Below are positions 8,126 through 15,984 of a DNA stretch of 29,234 bases, piece by piece. The stretch is taken from the IMG/VR virus record IMGVR_UViG_3300028284_000023, positions 1 to 29,234 of that record; one strand, 5' to 3'. Source of the stretch: a virus. The notes beneath the pieces were generated by a model. The model had not been told where the DNA came from, made no database searches, and saw only the letters and a list, made by a program, of their open reading frames with translations. Made by a program: the position numbers and the translations under genes. Numbering within the stretch: position 1 is the stretch's first letter; the number at the start of each line of letters is the position of its first letter.

Positions 8126-8155
8126 ACCACTCTCTAAAAAGGGTGGTTTTTTTTG
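8126..8155 (+). terminator. Rho-independent terminator
   Basis: Stem accactc/gggtggt (one G-U pair), 8-nt loop, then T8. Confidence 0.7.
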
Positions 8156-8179
8156 TTTAAAACTATTTTTTTTATTTTT

Positions 8180-8213
8180 TTTGTTATTTATTGAATTATT
8201 TTTTTTATATTTG
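8180..8213 (+). promoter_or_regulatory. Bacteroidota-type promoter (TTTG ... TATATTTG)
   Basis: TTTG at 8180-8183 and TAnnTTTG at 8206-8213. The gap is 22 nt, slightly long. The -7 box ends 25 nt before ATG 8239. Confidence 0.5.
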
Positions 8214-8238
8214 CATATAACAATTAAAACAAAACATT

Positions 8239-8439
8239 ATGAATTTATTTGAAAGATTAAAACCAGAGTACAAAGACAACCTAGAAACAGGAAATGTTAA
8301 GCATCCAGCTTTAGTTGGATATGCAGTTGACCAATTAGAGCTTTACGAATTTGTTAGAGATATGCCTTATGGTTTGGTAACAGACTTAAGATTTTTATTA
8401 GACGTAGATAGTCCTTACGAATTATTTAAAGAGATTTAA
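8239..8439 (+). CDS. Hypothetical protein
   Basis: 66 aa ORF, first gene after the promoter. Confidence 0.6.
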   Translation: MNLFERLKPEYKDNLETGNVKHPALVGYAVDQLELYEFVRDMPYGLVTDLRFLLDVDSPYELFKEI

Positions 8440-8440
8440 T

Positions 8441-8575
8441 ATGACTTATTCAGAAGATGTAAACAGAGCAGCCTCAACCGATACAATAGACTTTTTAAAT
8501 GCACGTGTAGATGCTTTACAGAAGCGAGTGGAATTTTTAGAAGCACAAATAGAAATTAATAACAAAAACAAATAA
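8441..8575 (+). CDS. Small hypothetical coiled-coil protein (44 aa), not in the ORF track
   Basis: Hand translation: MTYSEDVNRAASTDTIDFLNARVDALQKRVEFLEAQIEINNKNK. It exactly fills the gap between flanking genes. Confidence 0.5.
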   Translation: MTYSEDVNRAASTDTIDFLNARVDALQKRVEFLEAQIEINNKNK

Positions 8576-8576
8576 T

Positions 8577-8960
8577 ATGAACAAGGAAAAATTAACAGAG
8601 TTATACAAAGAGTATAAACTTGAAAAAGAAGATGTATTTAAACATCAACATTATTTAATCATAACCAGAAGCGGAATCGACAAGATTCAAGCCGTAGCCA
8701 AAATTCAAATAAGTTATGAAGTAGTAAGGTGCGAACCAAACTTTGCGGTATTTAAAGCCGTAGCACATAAAGGAGCTGCAACGATTGAAACCTTTGGCAG
8801 TGCCTTAAAAGGTGATAGCTATAAAGACAGTTCAACAAATAGTTGGTACGTTGCTGAGATGGCAGAGAAGCGAGCAATGTCAAGAGCCGTTTTAAAATTA
8901 ACCGGTTTTTACGAATTGGGAGTGTTCGGAGAGGACGAATCAGAATCATTTAAAAAATAA
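8577..8960 (+). CDS. Hypothetical protein; possible single-strand annealing / recombination mediator
   Basis: 127 aa. The helix AEMAEKRAMSRAVLKLTG loosely recalls the KRA-containing helix of Rad52-like SSAPs. It sits directly upstream of the SSB-like gene. This is a weak call. Confidence 0.25.
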   Translation: MNKEKLTELYKEYKLEKEDVFKHQHYLIITRSGIDKIQAVAKIQISYEVVRCEPNFAVFKAVAHKGAATIETFGSALKGDSYKDSSTNSWYVAEMAEKRAMSRAVLKLTGFYELGVFGEDESESFKK

Positions 8961-8984
8961 ATAACAATTAAATTAAATTAAATT

Positions 8985-9284
8985 ATGGGAGCAATTATCA
9001 ACTATTCACTAAGAGTGGACAAATTACCAAAGGAGAAATTCATCGCTGGAAAAGATGGAGCGGTTTATGTAAACCTTACAATGTCAGTAAATGACGAAAC
9101 ACGTTACGGAAATAACGCATCAATTATGATTAGCCAAACACAAGAAGAACGGGAAGCTAAGAAACCAAGAACTTATATTGGGAACGGTCAAGTTGTTTGG
9201 ACTGATGGAAACATCGTAAAGGCTGAACGTGAAGAAGCCAAAGAAGTGGTACAAGAAGCTGAAACAAGCGACTTACCATTTTAA
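8985..9284 (+). CDS. Small SSB-like protein with an acidic C-terminal tip
   Basis: 99 aa ending ...EAETSDLPF. Bacterial and phage SSBs end in an acidic D-(I/L)-P-F protein-interaction tip. Confidence 0.45.
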   Translation: MGAIINYSLRVDKLPKEKFIAGKDGAVYVNLTMSVNDETRYGNNASIMISQTQEEREAKKPRTYIGNGQVVWTDGNIVKAEREEAKEVVQEAETSDLPF

Positions 9285-9292
9285 CAAACTAG

Positions 9293-9317
9293 GGCGGTGT
9301 AATAACCGCCTTTTTTA
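9293..9317 (+). terminator. Rho-independent terminator
   Basis: Stem ggcggt/accgcc, 6-nt loop, then T6. Confidence 0.8.
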
Positions 9318-9343
9318 TTACCTTTACAAAACAATACAAAACA

Positions 9344-10252
9344 ATGAAAGAGATAACAGAAGAACAAACCACACATAATATGTTGATGGAGTTGATAGCA
9401 GAAGAATGTGCTATTGATACATCAGAGGTTATGGAGTACCCACCAACGGCTTTAAGTCTGGGTGAAAAAACCATACAAGCGAAAGGTGGTGATATTACAA
9501 TGCCCATCCCTATTGGAACGTATGGGAATTTTAGCTTCGTACAAGCACCCCCAAAGAGCAAGAAAACCTTCTTTGTATCTTTACTAGCTTCTGTTTATTT
9601 AAGCGGTGGCAATAACTTTGGTGGTAAAATTAAAGGACATCGTGAAGGTAGGTGCTTAATGCACTTTGATACAGAACAAGGACACTGGCACGCTCAACGA
9701 GTTTTTAAGCGTGTTCAGGATATGTCAAACACTAAAGAGATAGGTTGTTATCATACGTATGCACTTAGAACAATAGGATACAAGGAACGGATACAATTTA
9801 TAGAACACTGTTTAGAGCAAAACAAAGGTAAAAATGGTTTAGTTATTATTGATGGTATTGCTGATTTAGTTAGTGACGTTAATAATTTAGAAGAATCAAA
9901 TTTATGTGTTCAGAAAATAATGCAGCTATCTGCAAAATACGATTGCCATATAGTAACGGTTATACATAGTAATTACGGAAGCGACAAACCAACAGGACAT
10001 TTAGGCTCGTTCCTTGAAAAAAAGACAGAAAACCAAATACAACTTGAAATAAACACAGTAAATAAAGAATGGATAACAGTAAGCTGCAAACGTTCTAGGG
10101 GTTACGCTTTTGATACGTTTAGCTTTAGTATTAATGAGTTTGGATTGCCTTTTGTGGTTGGCGAAATATACGACCCATTAGAATACTTTGTACCTAGAAC
10201 ATTAACGCCTAATAAACCAAACGAACAAGTTAGGGCGAATTTTAATAATTAA
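9344..10252 (+). CDS. RecA-like/AAA_25 NTPase, putative replicative helicase
   Basis: Walker A-like APPKSKKT and Walker B-like LVIIDGIADL. The size and context fit a DnaB-C-terminal or RepA-like helicase. Confidence 0.5.
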   Translation: MKEITEEQTTHNMLMELIAEECAIDTSEVMEYPPTALSLGEKTIQAKGGDITMPIPIGTYGNFSFVQAPPKSKKTFFVSLLASVYLSGGNNFGGKIKGHREGRCLMHFDTEQGHWHAQRVFKRVQDMSNTKEIGCYHTYALRTIGYKERIQFIEHCLEQNKGKNGLVIIDGIADLVSDVNNLEESNLCVQKIMQLSAKYDCHIVTVIHSNYGSDKPTGHLGSFLEKKTENQIQLEINTVNKEWITVSCKRSRGYAFDTFSFSINEFGLPFVVGEIYDPLEYFVPRTLTPNKPNEQVRANFNN

Positions 10253-10256
10253 ATAA

Positions 10257-10748
10257 ATGAAATCAATTTTAGAACTAGCTTACAAAAAGCATAGTGATTG
10301 GAATAACATAGTAAAAAGTTTCGGCTGCAACCCATCAATGAGCGAGGACGTAGTTATGGAAATGTATATACAGCTTGATGCTGATGTAAAAAAAGGTTTA
10401 GACCTTTACTATAAAGACCAGATAAATCATTACTACTGCTATAAAGTTCTAAGAGGTATTTACACAAATTTATATAAGTCAAGCCTAAGACAAAAGAAAG
10501 TTTATTTAGAAGATATAAACGAACTTAAAGAAATACAAGAAAGTGGTATTGATGAAAAAGAATGGGCGAAGCAGCGTAACCATATCGATAGCATATTAAA
10601 CGAAATGTATTGGTACGATAAAAAAATATTTGAGATAGTCGCAAAGGGTGTAAGCGTTGCAGAGTTAAGCAGAAACACTAAAATAAGTTATTATTCACTT
10701 TACAATACATATACAAACGCAAAGAAACATATAAAAAACAAGTTATGA
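10257..10748 (+). CDS. ECF-like sigma factor / HTH transcription regulator
   Basis: Region-2-like SEDVVMEMYIQL...YKVLRGIYTNLYKSSLRQKK. Region-4-like YDKKIFEIVAKGVSVAELSRNTKISYYSLYNTYTNAKKHI. Confidence 0.4.
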   Translation: MKSILELAYKKHSDWNNIVKSFGCNPSMSEDVVMEMYIQLDADVKKGLDLYYKDQINHYYCYKVLRGIYTNLYKSSLRQKKVYLEDINELKEIQESGIDEKEWAKQRNHIDSILNEMYWYDKKIFEIVAKGVSVAELSRNTKISYYSLYNTYTNAKKHIKNKL

Positions 10749-10879
10749 GATTGGGAGATTTATTTTATTACATTACTTATTACACTGGCATTCATTGGCT
10801 AGTTAAAAAAATATGGGGTGACGATTGCGGTTGCGACCAAAGGCGTGATGATTGGAACGATATAAATATAGACTTATGA
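10745..10879 (+). CDS. Small hypothetical protein (44 aa), not in the ORF track
   Basis: Hand translation: MRLGDLFYYITYYTGIHWLVKKIWGDDCGCDQRRDDWNDINIDL. It has ATGA overlaps at both ends. Confidence 0.5.
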   Translation: MRLGDLFYYITYYTGIHWLVKKIWGDDCGCDQRRDDWNDINIDL

Positions 10880-11076
10880 GAATAGAAGACCAAGACGCTT
10901 GGGTGGACTTTAAAGCAAATGTAACCACAAAGCTATCAAAAGAACAGTACAGGCTACTCTGTACGCTCCACGCTCGTTACTTAAACCACACCTACTATGA
11001 GCCTTGCAGTTGTAAACCTAAAATTCTAGTAATGTGGATAAAAGATTTAGATAACATATATAACAAAATTAAATGA
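10876..11076 (+). CDS. Hypothetical protein
   Basis: In frame with track ORF 10852-11076. I chose the ATGA-coupled ATG at 10876 over the TTG at 10852. Confidence 0.6.
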   Translation: MRIEDQDAWVDFKANVTTKLSKEQYRLLCTLHARYLNHTYYEPCSCKPKILVMWIKDLDNIYNKIK

Positions 11077-11543
11077 TTGAGAAAATACATAACTGGGAAA
11101 AAGCCGTTGTAACGCTTTTAAATTTAGATGGGTGGAACTTAACCCATACAGGGAAAGGGAATGAAAGCTGGGACGCCACAGGCACAACGCCAAAGGGTCA
11201 AGAATGTGTTATAGAAATGAAGTTTAGAAATAAATACTATGACACGAAAATACTTGAGAAGTTTAAACACGACAAACTGATTGAAACAGGCAAGGTTGCT
11301 TTATACCTAGTGAACGACCCTAAAGGCAATTATATGTTCTGGCTTAATAATTTAGAGGGTTTAAAGACTAAAGATATATACTGTCCTGATACAACGCTTT
11401 GGACTAAGAAAAAGGTTTTAAAGCCTTGTTATCTGTTGGAAGAACAAGACGCTGCAATAATTAACTTAAATGAAGAACTAGAAATTGGTATATGGGATAG
11501 CTATTTCCAGATAAAAGAAAAAATAAATAAAAAAAATAGTTAA
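11073..11543 (+). CDS. Putative PD-(D/E)xK-fold nuclease
   Basis: WDATG...VIEMKFR gives a D...E-x-K arrangement typical of restriction-endonuclease-like or resolvase folds. This is a weak call. Confidence 0.3.
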   Translation: MIEKIHNWEKAVVTLLNLDGWNLTHTGKGNESWDATGTTPKGQECVIEMKFRNKYYDTKILEKFKHDKLIETGKVALYLVNDPKGNYMFWLNNLEGLKTKDIYCPDTTLWTKKKVLKPCYLLEEQDAAIINLNEELEIGIWDSYFQIKEKINKKNS

Positions 11544-11546
11544 TTA

Positions 11547-11578
11547 TTTGTTTATAACTAAATAAAGTTTTATATTTG
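11547..11578 (+). promoter_or_regulatory. Bacteroidota-type promoter (TTTG, 20-nt gap, TATATTTG)
   Basis: TTTG at 11547-11550 and TAnnTTTG at 11571-11578. The -7 box ends 24 nt before ATG 11603. Confidence 0.6.
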
Positions 11579-11602
11579 TACCAACAATAACAAATAAACA
11601 AT

Positions 11603-11848
11603 ATGAAGCCATCAGAAATAAATATTAACCTAATAGGGAAAAAAGTAAGTTGTGTTAATTTAGGTGAAACAGTAACTGGAGTTATAACAGATATTTATGA
11701 AGATGCTGAGCATATAGGTGTAAGAATTAAACACGAACCTATCCAATGGGGTGCAGATGTATTTACTAATTTATTATCTACTGCTTGTAAAGGTACTGAT
11801 TTAATGCCACCTACTGAGGGTAATTTAAAGTTAACAAAATTAATATAA
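11603..11848 (+). CDS. Hypothetical protein
   Basis: 81 aa ORF after the promoter. Confidence 0.6.
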   Translation: MKPSEININLIGKKVSCVNLGETVTGVITDIYEDAEHIGVRIKHEPIQWGADVFTNLLSTACKGTDLMPPTEGNLKLTKLI

Positions 11849-11859
11849 AAACAAACATT

Positions 11860-12051
11860 ATGAAAACGAAATACAGTAACTTACACGACATTAACACATT
11901 TATGAGTACAAAAGATAACGAAACTTATTTTAGTGGAATGGACGAATATGGTGAACCTAAAACAATAGTATTTAACACTATTGAATTATTAGAATGGTTA
12001 GATATTGACCATATGAAAAACCAAACAATTGAATATATTAAAAGCATATAA
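11860..12051 (+). CDS. Hypothetical protein
   Basis: 63 aa ORF in a tightly spaced array. Confidence 0.55.
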   Translation: MKTKYSNLHDINTFMSTKDNETYFSGMDEYGEPKTIVFNTIELLEWLDIDHMKNQTIEYIKSI

Positions 12052-12053
12052 TT

Positions 12054-12242
12054 ATGAAAAAGACAAAAACAGGACTACACATTGAAACTAGAAAGAACCG
12101 CATAGAGGTTTACACTAAAAAGGATTTACAGCAAAGAGATGAAGAACTAAACGAACAGCGTGAGTTGATTATAATGGCTTCTGCTGTAGCTTCAGCGATT
12201 TTATTAGTTACTTTAGGGTTTATCTTTGGTTTATCAGTGTAA
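12054..12242 (+). CDS. Hypothetical tail-anchored membrane protein
   Basis: 62 aa with the C-terminal hydrophobic helix IIMASAVASAILLVTLGFIFGL. Confidence 0.55.
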   Translation: MKKTKTGLHIETRKNRIEVYTKKDLQQRDEELNEQRELIIMASAVASAILLVTLGFIFGLSV

Positions 12243-12517
12243 TGACGCTACTACAAAAACAGTCATATAATCTTTGGTTTAATCACATAGCGGATAAGGT
12301 TATGGAATGGAGCAAACAAAAACCAGCCAATAAAGAGCTAAGAAACTTTATAAAGGGAATGACCGAGATAGGTCAATACGTAAACGCTTTAAACGTAGAA
12401 AACAGCGTACTAACAAAACGCATAGGAATTATACGAGAAGAAAAAAACAAGCAGCTTATAGGCTTGAATAAGCAAATAGAAGATTTAGAAAACAAATTAA
12501 AACAATACGAAATATGA
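12242..12517 (+). CDS. Hypothetical protein
   Basis: 91 aa ORF with a TAATG overlap upstream and an ATGA overlap downstream. Confidence 0.6.
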   Translation: MTLLQKQSYNLWFNHIADKVMEWSKQKPANKELRNFIKGMTEIGQYVNALNVENSVLTKRIGIIREEKNKQLIGLNKQIEDLENKLKQYEI

Positions 12518-12636
12518 ATTACTTTGACAGTTATATAGATGAACCAGACGCAAAGACAGAATGTGCTTGTTGTGGTTCTGAAACAAATGGCGATTATTAT
12601 TGCTCAGTTCAATGCTTTAATTTAGATATAGAATGA
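12514..12636 (+). CDS. Small Cys-rich (zinc-ribbon-like) protein (40 aa), not in the ORF track
   Basis: Hand translation: MNYFDSYIDEPDAKTECACCGSETNGDYYCSVQCFNLDIE. It has ATGA overlaps at both ends. Confidence 0.5.
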   Translation: MNYFDSYIDEPDAKTECACCGSETNGDYYCSVQCFNLDIE

Positions 12637-13349
12637 TACTACTAGTAGATGCAGATAGTTTAATCTTCGCTTCTTGTTATAAGAAACGAGAGAACCCAGA
12701 AGATGACAAATACTATCGAGATATAGAAGATGCCCAAGCTAAGTTTGATGAGCAATTTATGAGCATAGTAAACAAGCTTGAAGATATGTATCCGATAGAA
12801 GAAGTACTAACGTTTAGCGGTAGTAAGGGAAATTTTAGAAAGCTCATTACAAGCGACTACAAAGCCAATAGAAAAAAGCAAGAGTTACCGCCTTTATTAA
12901 ATGAAATGCACCAATTCGTTAAAGACCAATACGACAGCATCTGGGGTTATGGAATTGAAACTGATGATATGGTGGCTAGATATTGGCACGAACTGTCTAA
13001 CGACTTAGGACGTGATAATGTTATGATAGTAAGTATTGACAAGGACTATAAGCAATTTCCTTGCCTTATGTACAACTATCACTATAAACACAAAGAAGTT
13101 TTAGATATAAGCGAGGACGAAGCCTTATACAACTTTTATGAGCAAATGATAATTGGTGACACAGCTGATAACGTAAACTATTTTAAAGGTAAAGGAAAAA
13201 AGTTTGCAGAAAAATATTTAGCTGAATGCGATACAAAATATCAATACACAAAAAAGATGTACGAATTATTTAAACAAGAATACAAAGGCAAAGCACGTCA
13301 GAAGTATGCAGAGTGCTATCACTTATTAAAACTTAGAACAAATGATTAG
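12633..13349 (+). CDS. 5'-3' exonuclease / flap endonuclease (PIN-like FEN family)
   Basis: Motifs LLVDADSLIF, IETDDMVA, VSIDKDYKQ and GDTADNV parallel the conserved acidic FEN motifs DGxxL, EADD, GDKDxxQ and GDxSDNI. Confidence 0.7.
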   Translation: MILLVDADSLIFASCYKKRENPEDDKYYRDIEDAQAKFDEQFMSIVNKLEDMYPIEEVLTFSGSKGNFRKLITSDYKANRKKQELPPLLNEMHQFVKDQYDSIWGYGIETDDMVARYWHELSNDLGRDNVMIVSIDKDYKQFPCLMYNYHYKHKEVLDISEDEALYNFYEQMIIGDTADNVNYFKGKGKKFAEKYLAECDTKYQYTKKMYELFKQEYKGKARQKYAECYHLLKLRTND

Positions 13350-13464
13350 ATTTGTATATGACCTAGATATAGTTATTGAAGCAATGGAGAACCAAGACTA
13401 TGAAGATGCTTTAAAAATGATTAAAGACATACAAGAAGATTTAAGAATATTAGCATTATTATAA
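13342..13464 (+). CDS. Small hypothetical protein (40 aa), not in the ORF track
   Basis: Hand translation: MIRFVYDLDIVIEAMENQDYEDALKMIKDIQEDLRILALL. It overlaps the FEN gene stop by 8 nt. Confidence 0.4.
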   Translation: MIRFVYDLDIVIEAMENQDYEDALKMIKDIQEDLRILALL

Positions 13465-13476
13465 AACAAAAACAAA

Positions 13477-13992
13477 ATGACAGCAAAAACATTAAGTAGA
13501 TTAGGAATAGAAGTATGGAAGGACATACCTACATTTAAAAGTTATGAAGTTAGTAATTTAGGGAATGTTAGAAGTTTAAAGTTTAACAAGTTTAAAGTTT
13601 TAAAAAAAAGCATAAATAAAAGAGGTAGGTATAGAGTTAATCTTTGTGAAAATGGAAGAAAATTTACAAATTGTAAAATAAGTCAATTATCTGCAATGGC
13701 TTTTTTAAATCATAAACCTTGTGGACATAAAATAGTTGTTGACCACATAAACAACGACAAAGAAAATGATAAGTTATATAATTTACAATTAATTTCAAAC
13801 AGAGAAAACACTGTAAAAGACACAAAGCGAGGTTCGTCAAAATACGTGGGAGTTTCTTGGCATAAAAATCAAAGTAAGTGGAGAACCAATATATACATAA
13901 ATGGTAAAATAAAACATCTCGGATATTTCACAGACGAAAAAGAAGCAGCACAAGCATATCAAAACGAATTAAATAAAATAAAAACAAAATGA
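13477..13992 (+). CDS. HNH homing endonuclease (NUMOD4 + HNH_3 + AP2 DNA-binding domain)
   Basis: EVWKDIPTFKSYEVSNLGNVRS (NUMOD4), VVDHINNDKENDKLYNLQLISNRENT (HNH) and YVGVSWHKNQSKWRTNIYINGKIKHLGYFTDEKEAAQAY (AP2). Confidence 0.75.
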   Translation: MTAKTLSRLGIEVWKDIPTFKSYEVSNLGNVRSLKFNKFKVLKKSINKRGRYRVNLCENGRKFTNCKISQLSAMAFLNHKPCGHKIVVDHINNDKENDKLYNLQLISNRENTVKDTKRGSSKYVGVSWHKNQSKWRTNIYINGKIKHLGYFTDEKEAAQAYQNELNKIKTK

Positions 13993-14462
13993 GTAATTTT
14001 AACAGAAACGAAGTAACAGCATATAACTTAGGTTATAGAGTAAAAGAGAACGGTCAATTAATAGGTTTAAAGGGTAAACCAATAGGATGTGTGTCTAATG
14101 GTTATTATAAGATTAAAATAAGAAATAATGGCGGTTGGATAAACTGCTTAACCCACAGGCTTCAAGCATATCAAAAATACGGAAATGATATATATAAAAC
14201 TGGGATTGTATGCAGACACTTGAACGGCAACAGCTTAGACAATTCTAGGGATAACATAGCAATAGGCACTCAATCTGATAATATGATGGATATGAAGCCA
14301 GAAGTAAGAAAAGCAAAGGGTAGATATGCTTCTTCTTTTGCACAAATACACGACCACGACAAAATAATATTATTTTACAAACAGAGAAAATCATATAAAA
14401 AAACAATGGAAAAATTTAACATTTCAAGCAAAGGAACGTTACATTACATATTAAATAAATAA
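13989..14462 (+). CDS. Second HNH endonuclease (HNH_3-like) with a C-terminal HTH
   Basis: THRLQAYQKYG...VCRHLNGNSLDNSRDNIAIGTQSDN. It has an ATGA overlap with the preceding HNH gene. Confidence 0.6.
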   Translation: MSNFNRNEVTAYNLGYRVKENGQLIGLKGKPIGCVSNGYYKIKIRNNGGWINCLTHRLQAYQKYGNDIYKTGIVCRHLNGNSLDNSRDNIAIGTQSDNMMDMKPEVRKAKGRYASSFAQIHDHDKIILFYKQRKSYKKTMEKFNISSKGTLHYILNK

Positions 14463-14466
14463 AACT

Positions 14467-14694
14467 ATGAGAGCAACTTATTTACATTACGAGAACGGAA
14501 AAGGCTATGACGTTATAGACTTTATAAAAGATTATGAGCTAAACTTCAATAGGGGAAATATAATTAAGTATATTTGCAGAAGCGGAAAAAAAGACGATGA
14601 GTTAAAAGACTTAGAAAAAGCAGCAGATTATTTAAGACGTGAAATAGAATACCTAAGAGAGCAGCAACAACAATGGATAGAAAAAAACAAATGA
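14467..14694 (+). CDS. DUF3310-family protein
   Basis: YDVIDFIKDYELNFNRGNIIKYICRSGKK...DLEKAADYL matches the DUF3310 pattern from memory. Confidence 0.55.
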   Translation: MRATYLHYENGKGYDVIDFIKDYELNFNRGNIIKYICRSGKKDDELKDLEKAADYLRREIEYLREQQQQWIEKNK

Positions 14695-15131
14695 GAAAAG
14701 AACAAAAAGAATACTACGAAAGAATGGAACAAAAAGAACTAGAACACCAAGAACAAGTTAGAGGGGTACAAGATGACCCAATAACACACAGGCACCTAAG
14801 CTATTTAAAATGCGTATTGATAAGTCAATTACTACTAGAAGCAAACGATGACTTAAAAGGAAGCGTAGGGTTTAAGCAGAACGTAAAGCTGCAAGTAAAT
14901 AAGACATCAAAACTACTGGAAGGAATATATCAAGAAGGGTTTAATAATGTGTACAATAACAACCCTGAAATGTGTACCAATGTACTAAACAAAATAGACA
15001 GCTTAATGCATAAAATAAAAGTAGCCACTATTGATGAACTAGTAATGATTGACGCACTAGTTGATAACTACTTCCAAAACAAAGAAGAACACAATAAAAA
15101 CCAAACAGCAGAATTCACTAAACTAGATTAA
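14691..15131 (+). CDS. Hypothetical protein
   Basis: Same frame as the track ORF from 14673. I preferred the ATGA-coupled ATG at 14691. Confidence 0.6.
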   Translation: MRKEQKEYYERMEQKELEHQEQVRGVQDDPITHRHLSYLKCVLISQLLLEANDDLKGSVGFKQNVKLQVNKTSKLLEGIYQEGFNNVYNNNPEMCTNVLNKIDSLMHKIKVATIDELVMIDALVDNYFQNKEEHNKNQTAEFTKLD

Positions 15132-15132
15132 T

Positions 15133-15267
15133 ATGTATATAAATATAGAAATAAAAGACACAGACCGTAAAGACTATTATAAATTCCTTATAAACGGATT
15201 AGACTTAGGAACTTGGGAACGCTCAGACCTTAGACACTTAATAGAAACAATAGACAATAAAATATAG
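15133..15267 (+). CDS. Small hypothetical protein (44 aa), not in the ORF track
   Basis: Hand translation: MYINIEIKDTDRKDYYKFLINGLDLGTWERSDLRHLIETIDNKI. It starts 2 nt after the upstream stop. Confidence 0.45.
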   Translation: MYINIEIKDTDRKDYYKFLINGLDLGTWERSDLRHLIETIDNKI

Positions 15268-15272
15268 ACAAA

Positions 15273-15419
15273 ATGAAAACACCAAAACAAATAGTACAAT
15301 ACGCAATAGACAACCCACATACAGAAGAACACATAGGTTCAGACTGCTGTAATGCAGAACCAAGTCAAATAAGCGAAAGCCTTTGTAGTGAGTGTTTAGA
15401 ACACGCAGAATTCAACTAA
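15273..15419 (+). CDS. Small Cys-rich protein (48 aa), not in the ORF track
   Basis: Hand translation: MKTPKQIVQYAIDNPHTEEHIGSDCCNAEPSQISESLCSECLEHAEFN. The CC...CxxC arrangement suggests a zinc ribbon. Confidence 0.45.
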   Translation: MKTPKQIVQYAIDNPHTEEHIGSDCCNAEPSQISESLCSECLEHAEFN

Positions 15420-15428
15420 AATAAAACA

Positions 15429-15950
15429 ATGAGATTAGATATATTAAAAAAAGCAGTAAGCGAAAAATTTGAAGTTGATATTTCAATAAAATCAAGAAAA
15501 AGAAAATATGTATATGCTAGAAAGGTATTCTGTAAACTCGCAAGAGAAACAGGAGCAACTTTTAAAGCAATAGGGAAAGAGATAGGCAACCAGCACGACC
15601 TTGTATTATTCCACTGCAATACAATAGACGTCATAGAATATAAAGATAAAGACAAGCACGATGAACTGATAGACGAGCTGGGGTTAGTGCTATGCAAACC
15701 TTTTGGAAATATAGAAAAAGCCAAAATAAAAAAAGAAATACAACAAACAACCAACAACGAAACACTAAAGCGTATTAAGAGCGTTACAGACGTTATAAGC
15801 GAATGGGATATAGAAACACTACAAGAGTTTAAACAAACACGCCTAGACCCCTTTAACACATTAATAAAGACTAGAGTAAAGCGTAAGACAATACCAGAAA
15901 TAAAAGGTGCTACACTAAACAAGAAAGTAAAAAACCCTGTATTGTGCTAG
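15429..15950 (+). CDS. DnaA-domain-IV-like HTH DNA-binding protein
   Basis: KRKYVYARKVFCKLARETGATFKAIGKEIGNQHDLVLFHCNTI parallels the DnaA C-terminal DNA-binding helix pattern. Confidence 0.4.
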   Translation: MRLDILKKAVSEKFEVDISIKSRKRKYVYARKVFCKLARETGATFKAIGKEIGNQHDLVLFHCNTIDVIEYKDKDKHDELIDELGLVLCKPFGNIEKAKIKKEIQQTTNNETLKRIKSVTDVISEWDIETLQEFKQTRLDPFNTLIKTRVKRKTIPEIKGATLNKKVKNPVLC

Positions 15951-15971
15951 TAGCAAAATAATCTATAAAAA

Positions 15972-15984
15972 TTTATATATAAGT
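15972..15984 (+). promoter_or_regulatory. Conserved ATG-abutting motif TTTATATATAAGT (copy 2 of 5)
   Basis: It ends exactly at ATG 15985. See the other copies at 1697, 19358, 26886 and 28536. Confidence 0.5.

Noticed and set aside
8950-8985. Short AATTA/AAATT tandem-like stretches (also around 28521-28540), considered as a possible repeat or CRISPR-like structure.
   Set aside because: They are only a few irregular units of low-complexity AT-rich spacer. There is no repeat-spacer periodicity, and nothing CRISPR-like occurs anywhere in the window.
15416-15922. 168-aa ORF on the minus strand, nearly co-extensive with the + strand ORF 15429-15950.
   Set aside because: Its translation is low-complexity and rich in Ser, Leu, Phe and Ile. 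The + strand frame has a DnaA-domain-IV-like HTH and fits the uniform + strand, translationally coupled gene organisation.
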